A stretch of 64,000 nucleotides of DNA, from NCBI GenBank assembly GCA_944387495.1, contig CALXFD010000003.1, positions 3,534 through 67,533 of the forward strand. Direction: 5' to 3'. The notes under the pieces are model-generated. The model made no database searches and was not told the origin of the DNA. It worked only from the letters and a program-made list of their open reading frames with translations. The stretch is from an uncultured Clostridia bacterium (GTDB taxonomy: Bacteria > Bacillota > Clostridia > TANB77 > CAG-508). The position numbers were made by a program, and so were the translations under genes. Below, in pieces: positions 40,167-49,886 of this stretch; the stretch's first letter is position 1, and the number at the start of each line of letters is the position of its first letter.

Positions 40167-42140
40167 ATGATGAAAGAGATAAAAGTAAATAAAAAATATA
40201 ATGAAAAAAAATTAAATAAGATAATATTAGAACAAATTCCTGAATGTAATTACAATAATTTTTGTAAATTGCTAAGAAAAAAAGATATAAAAGTAAATGG
40301 TAAAAGAACCAATAAAGATATAGTAATTTATGAAAATGATGTAATAACAATATATTTACCAGAAAATATAGAAAATAAAGAAATAAAAATAGATATAGTA
40401 TATGAAGATGACAATATAATAATGGTAAATAAACCAGCTAATATAGAAGTAACAGGAAATGCAAGTTTAACAGAACTTATACACAAAAAGTATGCAAATT
40501 GTGAATTTAAGCCAATGCCATGCCACAGAATAGATAGAAACACAATAGGTCTAGTATTATTTGCTAAAAATGAAGAAAGTTTAAACATACTGTTAGAAAA
40601 ATTTAAAAAGCGCGAAATAGAAAAACATTATTTAGCACATGTGTATGGAATACCAAAAATAAAAAAGCAAAGACTAGAAGCATATTTATTCAAAGATAAT
40701 AAAAAAGCACAAGTATATATTAGTGATAATTTTAAAAAAGGAGCACAAAAAATTATCACTATTTATAATGTTGTAGAAGAAAGAAAAGATAATACATCAA
40801 TATTAGATGTAGAAATTCAAACAGGCAAAACTCATCAAATAAGAGCTCACCTATCATATATTGGTTATCCAATAATAGGTGATGGAAAATATGGCAAGAA
40901 TGAGATAAATAAGAAATTTCATAAAAAATACCAAGAGTTATGTAGTTATAAAATGAAATTTAATTTTAAAACAGAAAGTGGCATTCTAAATTATTTAGCA
41001 CAAAAAGAAATAATACTAAAAAGTGCAAATAAAGAAAACATGACAAGCATTGAAAAAGAAAGCTTATATGTAAGAAATAATAGGATTATTGAAGTAATAA
41101 TGAAAGAAATGAAAGATAAATGTCCTGATGCGATAGATTTAATTGGAATTGCTGGCTCATTTTGCAATGGTGATATTTACAAAAAGTCAGATTTAGATTT
41201 AGTAATTATTTCTAATAATGACAGTGCAAAATGTTTAGATAAATGCTTTATCATTGATGATGTAGCTTTTGATATTTATACACAGGGATGGCAAAGATTT
41301 GAAACTATGGCTAAATATAAACATCCTTATGTTACTAAATTGTTTGATTTAAATATTGTATATTCACGTAATAAAGATGTTGTAAAAAAATATAAATTTT
41401 ACCAAGCTTTACTTCAATCTAATATGAACAATACGGAACTTGTTAACGCTCATATAGGCTCACATTTTACGAAGGTTTTAGGAAGTGTTAGTTCTTTACA
41501 AAATGTTTCTAATATGGGTGTTGCATATAGAAAATTATCACGTATTATTAAAGAGATTGAATTTATCCTTTTTATGATTAATAGAACTTATGTTAAAAGG
41601 GGAACGAAAAGAATTCCAGAAGAAATAGCAAGTTTAAAAATATTACCTAAAGATTTTTTGCCTATTTATAATGATATGGTTAATTGTAAGACATTGGAAG
41701 AAATTAAGAGTAAATCATTATTAATTACAAGTTCAATAAAAGAACTATTAGATAATATGAGTATCAGCTATGAGTTGATAGAAGATAATAAAAAAGATTT
41801 TACTAAAAAAGTGATAAATGTAACTGATTTACTAGGAACTTATGAAGAAATTTATTCAAATTGGAAAAATAAGATGTATCATGCTATTGATATTAATAGT
41901 GTTTATCTATCTTTCGTAACCATGAGTGCTTGTCAAGAATTTTATGATGAAATGTCAGATAGGTTTGATATTCCTGGAATAGAGTTATTAGAGAAATATA
42001 ATCCAGATGATTTAAAAGGAAATGCTAATTCTTTTGATAATTCTTTAAATGAATGGAAAAAACTATACGATATGTTTGAATTAACAGTACAATATTATTC
42101 TAATTTGGAAGAATTTGAAAATTTATACAAAGAAAAGTAA
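40167..42140 (+). CDS. RluA-family pseudouridine synthase (N-terminal S4-like domain) fused in frame to a C-terminal nucleotidyltransferase module (~350 aa)
   Basis: PUS motifs HRIDRNTIGLVLFAKN and GKTHQIRAHL in residues 1-290. Then MTSIEKESLYVRNNRIIEVIMKEMKDKCPDAIDLIGIAGSFCNGDIYKKSDLDLVI (GS..DxD NTase signature) plus a helical tail. Confidence 0.7.
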   Translation: MMKEIKVNKKYNEKKLNKIILEQIPECNYNNFCKLLRKKDIKVNGKRTNKDIVIYENDVITIYLPENIENKEIKIDIVYEDDNIIMVNKPANIEVTGNASLTELIHKKYANCEFKPMPCHRIDRNTIGLVLFAKNEESLNILLEKFKKREIEKHYLAHVYGIPKIKKQRLEAYLFKDNKKAQVYISDNFKKGAQKIITIYNVVEERKDNTSILDVEIQTGKTHQIRAHLSYIGYPIIGDGKYGKNEINKKFHKKYQELCSYKMKFNFKTESGILNYLAQKEIILKSANKENMTSIEKESLYVRNNRIIEVIMKEMKDKCPDAIDLIGIAGSFCNGDIYKKSDLDLVIISNNDSAKCLDKCFIIDDVAFDIYTQGWQRFETMAKYKHPYVTKLFDLNIVYSRNKDVVKKYKFYQALLQSNMNNTELVNAHIGSHFTKVLGSVSSLQNVSNMGVAYRKLSRIIKEIEFILFMINRTYVKRGTKRIPEEIASLKILPKDFLPIYNDMVNCKTLEEIKSKSLLITSSIKELLDNMSISYELIEDNKKDFTKKVINVTDLLGTYEEIYSNWKNKMYHAIDINSVYLSFVTMSACQEFYDEMSDRFDIPGIELLEKYNPDDLKGNANSFDNSLNEWKKLYDMFELTVQYYSNLEEFENLYKEK

Positions 42141-42157
42141 ATTTTAATAGATACTAC

Positions 42158-42195
42158 AATAGCCTAGAATTAAATCCTAGGCTATTGTTTTAATG
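42158..42195 (+). terminator. rho-independent terminator (tagcctag / ctaggcta + TTTT)
   Basis: Read directly. Confidence 0.6.
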
Positions 42196-42518
42196 ACTTA
42201 GAGCTTAAAAATTTTCCAACCTTTTTTATAATCATACAAATTATTATTATAATACTCCCACAAAGTTCTAAAACTACTTATTTTTAATAATTCTAGAATT
42301 TTGTGGGAGTAATTTATGGAGCGGATGTCGTAGTTATCTACAATTTTTTCTCTTATTAACAATTGATATAAAAATCAATCTCATTGTCTTTGCCTTAACA
42401 TAAAATTTATGTTTTGCAAGTAATTTATTTAAAATTTTACAAACCTTTGTTCTAAAATATATTGGCTTTTATGCTAGAATATTGTATAATTTGGAAAAAA
42501 AGGAAGTGCGAAATTTAT

Positions 42519-43112
42519 ATGAATATAAATAAAAATATAATTAACATTATAAAAAGAAATGATACTAAATTTAAGAATATGAAATTTATGCAAGATGAAC
42601 AATTAAAAAAAGAATTTTTTACATCATTGAAAAATTACGAATTTAAACTGACTGAACAATCAGCTTATAAAATAGCATTATGGATAGAATCCAATGAAAA
42701 GCATTTATCTGCATCTCAGCAAAGCAATTTTACTAATTATAGTTTAGGTGAAATACTTTTAGTTGATTTAGGTTGGAATAATTATGATAGAGAATTTGCC
42801 TATATACATCCTGCTGTTGTTATAAAAGTAACTTCTACAAAAATATTTATAGTTCCTTGCTCAAGTGGTACTCCTAGAAAAGATAAAAATGGAAATATAT
42901 ATCCTGAATTTGAAGTTGGAACAATTAACGATGGATTTCAAAAAAATACAGTAGTTATGCTATATGAAGCAAAATACATTGATAAAAATAGAGTTATTTC
43001 AAGATTAGGAAAAATCTCAAATCAATTTTTTGATAAAATTTATAATAAACTATTTGAACAAATCTTCGAACCAATACATTATAAAATGCAGAAACTAGAA
43101 AATAATCAATAA
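42519..43112 (+). CDS. PemK/MazF-like toxin-fold protein with a ~90-aa N-terminal extension; no adjacent mazE-like gene
   Basis: GEILLVDLG..HPAVVIK..IFIVPCSSGT..KNTVVMLYEAKYIDKNRVISRLGKIS collinear with MazF/EndoA (GDVYFADL..RPVLVI..ILLEQIRTIDKQRL). ATG 42519 after AAAGGA. Confidence 0.55.
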   Translation: MNINKNIINIIKRNDTKFKNMKFMQDEQLKKEFFTSLKNYEFKLTEQSAYKIALWIESNEKHLSASQQSNFTNYSLGEILLVDLGWNNYDREFAYIHPAVVIKVTSTKIFIVPCSSGTPRKDKNGNIYPEFEVGTINDGFQKNTVVMLYEAKYIDKNRVISRLGKISNQFFDKIYNKLFEQIFEPIHYKMQKLENNQ

Positions 43113-43169
43113 TAATCTTATTTTTGCATATAATAAGTATAGAAATATAAAAGAAATTTTATATTTTGA

Positions 43170-43303
43170 TTGACTTATCGTATCAAAAATGCTACACTAA
43201 ATATAGATATTTGAGGCGGTATGCCGATGCCATAGGTTTTAGACCTATGATGAAAAGTAAAATAGCTTAATACTTGATGACAAGTGTTAAGCTATTATTT
43301 TTG
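43170..43303 (+). ncRNA. candidate small RNA: promoter (TTGACT -17- TGcTACACT) driving a ~100-nt transcript that ends at an intrinsic terminator (tagcttaa..ttaagcta + T-run)
   Basis: Promoter hexamers at 43170-43198. Internal hairpin ccatagg/cctatga and the terminator at 43263-43303. Only 4- and 7-codon ORFs inside. Confidence 0.25.
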
Positions 43304-43484
43304 TTATAGAAAAAATCAAGCATTTTATTTGTTGATTTTCATATATATCTGTTCTATTAGTTCGAGCAGAAACGTCGTTGGAGCGAATCACATACAAGTT
43401 ACGAATTTTGTTCTCTTTCTAGTGATATTATATAAGAATTACTATTAAAGTTCAAGATTATTTTTACAATTTTTTCAAATAATA

Positions 43485-43513
43485 TTGATTTTAGAACTTT
43501 CGTTTGGTATAAT
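43485..43513 (+). promoter_or_regulatory. putative sigma-A promoter for the KilA-N gene (TTGATT -17- TATAAT)
   Basis: Perfect -10 hexamer, 40 nt upstream of the start codon. Confidence 0.45.
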
Positions 43514-43552
43514 GGTGTAAAATAATTACTATTTCTAAAAGGAGGTTAAAAT

Positions 43553-44350
43553 ATGCCAGAGTTAAAAGTTTTAAATCAAAAGATAACTTATATAAAAATT
43601 GATGATGAAGATTATATATCAATTACTGATATGTTAAAATCAAAAGATGGGGATTTTTTTGTTTCAGATTGGTTAAGAAATAGAAATACTATTGAATTTT
43701 TAGGCATTTGGGAAGAAATTCATAATCCTAATTTTAATTATGGCGAATTCGCCATAATTAAAAGTCAAGCAGGTTTAAATAGTTATAAAATAAGTGTAAA
43801 AGAATGGACAGAAAAAACAAATGCAATTGGAATAATATCAAAAGCTGGAAGATATGGTGGAACTTATGCTCACAAAGATATTGCTTTTGAATTCGGAATG
43901 TGGATTAGCCCCAAATTCAAATTATTATTGATAAAAGAATTTGAAAGGCTAAAAGCAGAAGAACAAAAGCAAATAGGCTGGAATGCTAAAAGAGAACTTT
44001 CAAAAATTAATTATAGAATACATACTGATGCCATAAAGAATAATTTAGTGCCTAAAGAATTAACTAAAAGTCAAATAAACTTTGTTTATGCAGAAGAAGC
44101 TGATGTTTTAAATATGGCACTATTCGGTATAACTGCAAAAGAATGGCGTACTAATAATCCTAATTTAGGTGGAAATATAAGAGATTATGCTACAATGAAT
44201 GAATTAATATGTTTAGCAAATTTAGAAAATTTAAATTCAGTTTTTATAAAAGAAGGTTTAAAACAATCTGAAAGGCTTAAAAAATTAAACAAAATTGCTA
44301 TATCTCAGATGCAAATTTTGAATGATACTGATATAAAATATTTAAAATAA
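43553..44350 (+). CDS. KilA-N domain-containing protein (phage antirepressor-like)
   Basis: N-terminal YISITDM..FLGIWEE..KSQAGLNSY..GGTYAHKDIAFEFGMWISP block typical of KilA-N. RBS AAAGGAGG. Confidence 0.7.
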   Translation: MPELKVLNQKITYIKIDDEDYISITDMLKSKDGDFFVSDWLRNRNTIEFLGIWEEIHNPNFNYGEFAIIKSQAGLNSYKISVKEWTEKTNAIGIISKAGRYGGTYAHKDIAFEFGMWISPKFKLLLIKEFERLKAEEQKQIGWNAKRELSKINYRIHTDAIKNNLVPKELTKSQINFVYAEEADVLNMALFGITAKEWRTNNPNLGGNIRDYATMNELICLANLENLNSVFIKEGLKQSERLKKLNKIAISQMQILNDTDIKYLK

Positions 44351-44404
44351 ATATTTTTATATACTTATAAAAAGCTTTTAGATTATTTAGAACTATAGTA
44401 ATAA

Positions 44405-44442
44405 AAAAAGAAACCTCACTTTGTCTAGTGTGGTTTCTTTTT
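44405..44442. terminator. bidirectional hairpin terminator (aagaaacc / ggtttctt) between the KilA-N gene and tRNA-Gly
   Basis: Stem flanked by an A-run on one side and a T-run on the other. Confidence 0.45.
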
Positions 44443-44457
44443 ATGAATATTACCTGT

Positions 44458-44531
<74 letters not shown>

Positions 44532-44643
44532 ACATACATATACATATTATACAATTAAATATAAAAAATTTCAATAAAAATATTTGATTTTACTAAAATT
44601 CATGTTATAATTAAAAAGAAGAATTTAAAATAGGGAGAAATGT

Positions 44644-45384
44644 ATGAATCAAATATTAGTAACTAAAAAGTTATACATAACGCCAGAATTAAAAAGAAAA
44701 AAGAAAATATATAAATTTAACTTCATAATATCACTATTTTTTTTACTAGTATTAGTATCATTATATATTTATGCAGCATATGATAGAAATAAAACAGCAG
44801 AACAATCAGAAGAAATCTTAGCAAGTGTAGATATACCAGAAGATACAACAGTAGCAGATAGTGATGTATTAGTAGCAGTTCTAAATGATACTGAACAAGA
44901 TAATATAGAAGAAGCACCAGTTGCAAATTTAAAGCCGACTGTAAATAAAACAAAACAAAAATCATCATCTGGATATACATATGTTGTAGATGCTAAAATA
45001 CAAATACCAAAGATAAATGTAGAATATGGAATAGTATCAGGAGAGACTAAATCAGTACAAGAAACAGAAGAATTATTAAAAATGTCACCAGTTAAATTCC
45101 ATGGACCAGAACCAAATGAAGTAGGAAATTATTGTATAGTTGGTCATAATTATAGAAATACTAAATTTTTTAGTAAAGTACCAACATTAGTAAATGGAGA
45201 TATAATAAAAATAACAGATATGACTGGAAAAACAGTTGAATATGCAGTTTATGATAAATACACTGTTGTACCAGAAGATGTAAGTTGTACATCACAAGAA
45301 ACAGGAGGAAAAACAGAAATTACATTAATAACATGTACAGATGATAGTAAACTAAGAGTTATAGTAAAAGCAAGAGAAGTATAG
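44644..45384 (+). CDS. sortase family transpeptidase (N-terminal membrane anchor)
   Basis: Catalytic His in VGHNYRN, catalytic Cys in ITLITCTD, and Arg in RVIVKARE. Confidence 0.75.
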   Translation: MNQILVTKKLYITPELKRKKKIYKFNFIISLFFLLVLVSLYIYAAYDRNKTAEQSEEILASVDIPEDTTVADSDVLVAVLNDTEQDNIEEAPVANLKPTVNKTKQKSSSGYTYVVDAKIQIPKINVEYGIVSGETKSVQETEELLKMSPVKFHGPEPNEVGNYCIVGHNYRNTKFFSKVPTLVNGDIIKITDMTGKTVEYAVYDKYTVVPEDVSCTSQETGGKTEITLITCTDDSKLRVIVKAREV

Positions 45385-45387
45385 AAT

Positions 45388-45435
45388 AAAAACTGAAAAG
45401 TTAGTAAATAAATAGATTAACTTTTCAGTTTTTTA
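45388..45435 (+). terminator. rho-independent terminator (aaaactgaaaagtta / taacttttcagtttt + T-run)
   Basis: Read directly. Confidence 0.65.
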
Positions 45436-45570
45436 TTTTATCAAAAAATATTAAGAAGTTTATAAAAATAGTTGTAATATATGCAAGTGTTAATTATTTT
45501 TATGTATATTATACTTGTTTTTTTCTACTATTCAGTATATAATATACCAGATAAAGATAGGAGATGATAT

Positions 45571-45861
45571 ATGATGCAAGTAAGCAAAGAAGAAATATTA
45601 CATATTGCAAATTTAGCAGATTTAACATTAGAAGAAAATGAAATAGAAAAATATAGAGAAAATTTACAAGAAATATTAAATTTTGCAGATATAGTAAATA
45701 ATGCAAATACAGAAAATTTAGATATAACAATAGGAACTAATGAAGCAAAAAATGTATTTAGAAAAGATGAAGTAGAAATATTTGAAGATAATGAGGCATT
45801 ATTAAGAAATGCACCAAGTGAAGAACAACATATGTTTAAAATACCAAAAGTATTAAATTAA
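45571..45861 (+). CDS. gatC: Asp-tRNA(Asn)/Glu-tRNA(Gln) amidotransferase subunit C
   Basis: ~95 aa with a typical GatC N-terminus (VSKEEILHIANLADLTLEENE). First gene of the gatCAB operon. Confidence 0.85.
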   Translation: MMQVSKEEILHIANLADLTLEENEIEKYRENLQEILNFADIVNNANTENLDITIGTNEAKNVFRKDEVEIFEDNEALLRNAPSEEQHMFKIPKVLN

Positions 45862-45949
45862 TGAGTAATAAAAATAATAACAATTTATCATTAAGGAAAT
45901 ATGTAAAGCTTATAAAAAAATGACATAATAAGAAGGAGGATATTAGTTT

Positions 45950-47410
45950 ATGGAAATTACTGAATTAACAGTACATGAATTGCAAGAAAAGTTAAAAAAT
46001 AAAGAGATTAAAGTAACAGACATAACAAAAGCATATATAGATAAAATAAATGAAAAAGAAAAAGATGTACAAGCATTTGTAACTTTATTAACAGATGAAG
46101 CTTTAAAGGAAGCAGAAGAAATCCAAACTAAAATAGATAATGGAGAAAATTTAGGAGATTATGCAGGTATTCCAATAGGAATAAAAGACAATATATGTAC
46201 AAAAGGTGTAAAAACAACATGTAGTTCAAAAATGTTAGAAAATTTTGTTTCTCCTTATGATGCAACAGTAATGGAAAAATTAAATAAAGAAAATCTAATA
46301 GATTTAGGAAAATTAAATATGGATGAATTTGCAATGGGAGGTTCAACAGAACATTCATATTTTAAAATAACAAAAAATCCAAGAAATCTAAATAAAGTAC
46401 CAGGAGGTTCATCAGGAGGAAGTGCAGCAGCAGTAGCTGCTAATATGGTACCATGGGCTTTGGGAAGTGATACAGGTGGTTCAATAAGACAACCTGCTAG
46501 TTTTTGTGGTGTTGTAGGTCTAAAACCAACATATGGTTTAGTATCAAGATATGGACTAGTTGCTTTTGCATCATCACTTGATCAAATTGGACCTATAACA
46601 AAAGATGTAGAAGATGCAGCAATATTATTAAATCTAATAGCTGGTCATGATAAAAAAGATACAACATCAGCAGATATAGAGAAAAAAGATTATACAAAAT
46701 GTCTAAAAAAAGATATAAAAGGTATAAAAATAGGAGTTCCAAAAGAATTCTTTGGAGAAGGAATTAATGAAGAAGTAAAAAATACATTATATAAAGCAAT
46801 TGAAAAATACAAAGAAATGGGAGCAGAAGTAGAAGAATTTTCATTAGATATTGCAAAATATTCATTAGCAGCATATTACATAATAGCATGTGCAGAAGCA
46901 AGTTCAAATTTAGGTAGATTTGATGGAATAAGATATACATATAGAACAAAAGAATTTAAGAATTTAAAAGAATTATATAGAAAATCAAGAAGTGAAGGTT
47001 TTGGACCAGAAGTCAAAAGAAGAATTATTTTAGGAACATATGTATTATCATCAGGATATTATGATGCATATTACAAAAAAGCTCAAAAAGTAAGAACATT
47101 AGTGATGAATGAATTTAATAATGCATTTAAAAAATATGATGTAATATTAACTCCAACATCACCAACAGTTGCATTTGACATAGGCTCAAAAACAAGCGAC
47201 CCACTAGAAATGTATTTATCAGATATTTGTACAGTTTCAGTAAATATAGCAGGGTTACCAGCAATATCAATTCCTTGTGGTCAAGATAAAGAAAATATGC
47301 CAATAGGAATGCAACTAATAGGAAATAGATTCTGTGAAGAAACAATTTTAAATGTAGCTTATAAATTTGAACAAGATTTAAAATTTAGAGAAAATTATAA
47401 ATCAGAATAA
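45950..47410 (+). CDS. gatA: Asp-tRNA(Asn)/Glu-tRNA(Gln) amidotransferase subunit A
   Basis: Amidase signature [25 protein letters not shown]. Confidence 0.95.
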   Translation: MEITELTVHELQEKLKNKEIKVTDITKAYIDKINEKEKDVQAFVTLLTDEALKEAEEIQTKIDNGENLGDYAGIPIGIKDNICTKGVKTTCSSKMLENFVSPYDATVMEKLNKENLIDLGKLNMDEFAMGGSTEHSYFKITKNPRNLNKVPGGSSGGSAAAVAANMVPWALGSDTGGSIRQPASFCGVVGLKPTYGLVSRYGLVAFASSLDQIGPITKDVEDAAILLNLIAGHDKKDTTSADIEKKDYTKCLKKDIKGIKIGVPKEFFGEGINEEVKNTLYKAIEKYKEMGAEVEEFSLDIAKYSLAAYYIIACAEASSNLGRFDGIRYTYRTKEFKNLKELYRKSRSEGFGPEVKRRIILGTYVLSSGYYDAYYKKAQKVRTLVMNEFNNAFKKYDVILTPTSPTVAFDIGSKTSDPLEMYLSDICTVSVNIAGLPAISIPCGQDKENMPIGMQLIGNRFCEETILNVAYKFEQDLKFRENYKSE

Positions 47411-47506
47411 TAAAGATTTTAAATTAATTCATAAAAAGTAAAAAATAAATAAAAGTTCATAAAAGTTACTAGAATTAAGAAATAACCAGAAAATTATAAA
47501 GGAGAA

Positions 47507-48952
47507 ATGAAAATGTCAAGAGATAACTATGAAGTAATTATAGGACTAGAAGTACATGCAGAGCTTTCAACAAAAACAAAAATATTTTGTTCATGTCCAA
47601 CAAAATTTGGTGCTAGCCCTAATACACAAGTATGTCCAATATGTATGGCAATGCCAGGAACATTACCAGTTTTAAATGAAAAAGTTGTTGAATATGCAGT
47701 AAAAGCTGGTCTTGCAACAAATTGTGAAATAGAAAAAAATAGTAAAAATGATAGAAAAAATTATTTTTATCCAGATTTACCAAAATCATATCAAATATCT
47801 CAATTTGATAAACCTTTATGTAAAAATGGATATGTAGAAATAAATGTAAATAATACTAAAAAGAAAATAGGAATAACAAGAATTCATATAGAAGAAGATG
47901 CAGGAAAATTAAATCATGATGATTTTTCAGGTGGAAGCTTAGTAGATTTAAATAGAGCAGGAGTACCATTAATAGAAATAGTTTCAGAACCAGATTTAAG
48001 AAGCAGTGAAGAAGCAGAAATATATTTGAAAAAATTAAAATCAATATTAGAATATATAGAAGTTTCAGACTGTAAAATGCAAGAAGGTTCATTTAGAGCA
48101 GATGTAAATGTTTCTGTAAGAAAAAAAGGTGATTCAAAATTAGGAACACGTACAGAAACTAAGAATATGAATTCATTTAGAAGTATCGTAAGAGAAATCG
48201 AATATGAAATAGATAGACAAATAGAAGTAATAGAAAGAGGAGAAAAGGTAGAACAAGAAACATTAAGATGGGATGATGTATCAGGAAAAACATTCCCAAT
48301 GAGAGATAAAGAAAATGCAGATGATTATAGATATTTCCCAGAACCAGATTTAGTGGCTATAAAATTATCAGATGAATATATAGAAAATGTAAGAAAAACA
48401 TTACCAGAATTACCAGAAAGTAGAAAAGAAAGATATTTAACACAATATAATTTATCAGAAAAAGATGCAAATATTATAACATCATCTAAATATCTATCAG
48501 ATTTATTTGAAAATGCTATAAAAGTATGTAACAACCCAAAAGCTGTAAACAATTGGATAATTTCTGATATATCAAGAATTTTAAATGAAAAAGAAATGGA
48601 AGCATCAGAAATACCATTTAATGCAGAACAATTAGGAAATTTAGTAATTCTAATAGACAAAGGAACAATAAGTTCAAGCATAGGTAAAAAAGTATTAGAA
48701 GAACTATTTGAAAACCCAAAAGACCCAGAAGAAATAATAAAAGAAAAAGGTTGGATACAAATATCAGATGAAAACGAAATAAAAGAAATCGCACTAAAAA
48801 TATTAGAAGCAAACCCACAATCAATTGCAGACTACAAAGCTGGAAAAGATAGAGCATTAGGATTTTTAGTAGGACAAGCAATGAAACAAACAAAGGGAAA
48901 AGCCAACCCTAAGATGTTGAATGAAATATTTTTAGAAGAATTGAAAAAATAA
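47507..48952 (+). CDS. gatB: Asp-tRNA(Asn)/Glu-tRNA(Gln) amidotransferase subunit B
   Basis: YEVIIGLEVHAEL N-terminus and C-terminal YqeY-like tail. Confidence 0.95.
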   Translation: MKMSRDNYEVIIGLEVHAELSTKTKIFCSCPTKFGASPNTQVCPICMAMPGTLPVLNEKVVEYAVKAGLATNCEIEKNSKNDRKNYFYPDLPKSYQISQFDKPLCKNGYVEINVNNTKKKIGITRIHIEEDAGKLNHDDFSGGSLVDLNRAGVPLIEIVSEPDLRSSEEAEIYLKKLKSILEYIEVSDCKMQEGSFRADVNVSVRKKGDSKLGTRTETKNMNSFRSIVREIEYEIDRQIEVIERGEKVEQETLRWDDVSGKTFPMRDKENADDYRYFPEPDLVAIKLSDEYIENVRKTLPELPESRKERYLTQYNLSEKDANIITSSKYLSDLFENAIKVCNNPKAVNNWIISDISRILNEKEMEASEIPFNAEQLGNLVILIDKGTISSSIGKKVLEELFENPKDPEEIIKEKGWIQISDENEIKEIALKILEANPQSIADYKAGKDRALGFLVGQAMKQTKGKANPKMLNEIFLEELKK

Positions 48953-48955
48953 AGC

Positions 48956-49023
48956 ATTATACCTCGTAAGTTTGAAAAATAGAATAAATTTAACTATTTC
49001 AAACTTATGAGGTATAATTTATT
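48956..49023 (+). terminator. long-stem intrinsic terminator after gatB
   Basis: attatacctcgtaagtttgaaa / tttcaaacttatgaggtataat. Confidence 0.6.
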
Positions 49024-49102
49024 TCCAAAAATAATTGCAAAATATATAAACTTGTGATATAAAAGAAGATAATAGTTATAGAGAAAATAACAGCGAGGTG
49101 AA

Positions 49103-49840
49103 ATGATGATAAAAGCTTATGCTAAATCAGATATAGGAAAAGTAAGAGATATAAATCAAGATTATTACTATATATCAACATCCTTAGATGAAGTCCAATT
49201 ATATATGTTAGCAGACGGTATGGGTGGATATAATGGTGGAGAAATAGCAAGCAAATTAGCTATACAATCAGCCAAAAGTTATATAGAAAATAATTTTAAA
49301 GATATAGAAAAAGATAAAGAAAGTATAATTCAGCTAGTTGGAAGTAGTATGGAATATGCAAATATGATAGTATATGAAAAATCAAAAGAAAATCCAGAAT
49401 TAGAAGGAATGGGTACTACTTTGGAAATATGTTTAATATATAATAATAGAGCATTTATAGGACATATTGGAGATAGTAGAATTTACAGAATAAGAAAAGA
49501 TTTTATGAGGAAATTAACACAAGACCATAGTTATGTACAAAAATTAGTAAAAGATGGAACAATAACACAAGAACAAGCTGCACATCATCCACAAAAAAAC
49601 ATGTTGATGAAAGCATTAGGCTGTAATGCATTTGCAGAACCAGATGTTATGATAAAAGGATTTTTAAAAGATGATATTATTATAATGACATCAGATGGTT
49701 TAACAAATTTAGTACCACAAGAAGAAATCTTCAAATGGGCAAAAAAAGATATTGAACAAGCACCAAAAGAATTAGTAAAGATGGCTAATGATAATGGAGG
49801 ATATGACAATATTACTGTAATTGTTATAAAAAATATATAA
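49103..49840 (+). CDS. stp: PP2C-family Ser/Thr protein phosphatase
   Basis: SDIGKVRDINQD, ADGMGG and GGYDNITV motifs. Confidence 0.85.
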   Translation: MMIKAYAKSDIGKVRDINQDYYYISTSLDEVQLYMLADGMGGYNGGEIASKLAIQSAKSYIENNFKDIEKDKESIIQLVGSSMEYANMIVYEKSKENPELEGMGTTLEICLIYNNRAFIGHIGDSRIYRIRKDFMRKLTQDHSYVQKLVKDGTITQEQAAHHPQKNMLMKALGCNAFAEPDVMIKGFLKDDIIIMTSDGLTNLVPQEEIFKWAKKDIEQAPKELVKMANDNGGYDNITVIVIKNI

Positions 49841-49886
49841 GATAGACAATCTACATATAACCACATATTAAGGAGAGAGAGAAAAT

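Noticed and set aside
43380-43410. tRNA-like fragment (CGAATCACAT identical to the tRNA-Met T-arm/acceptor junction; also gaaacgtc as in the repeat unit) as a possible att remnant
   Set aside because: Only 10-nt identity, and to tRNA-Met rather than the adjacent tRNA-Gly. No foldable cloverleaf. Chance expectation is about 0.1-0.3, so it is kept only as a weak note inside the tRNA-Gly remnant finding.
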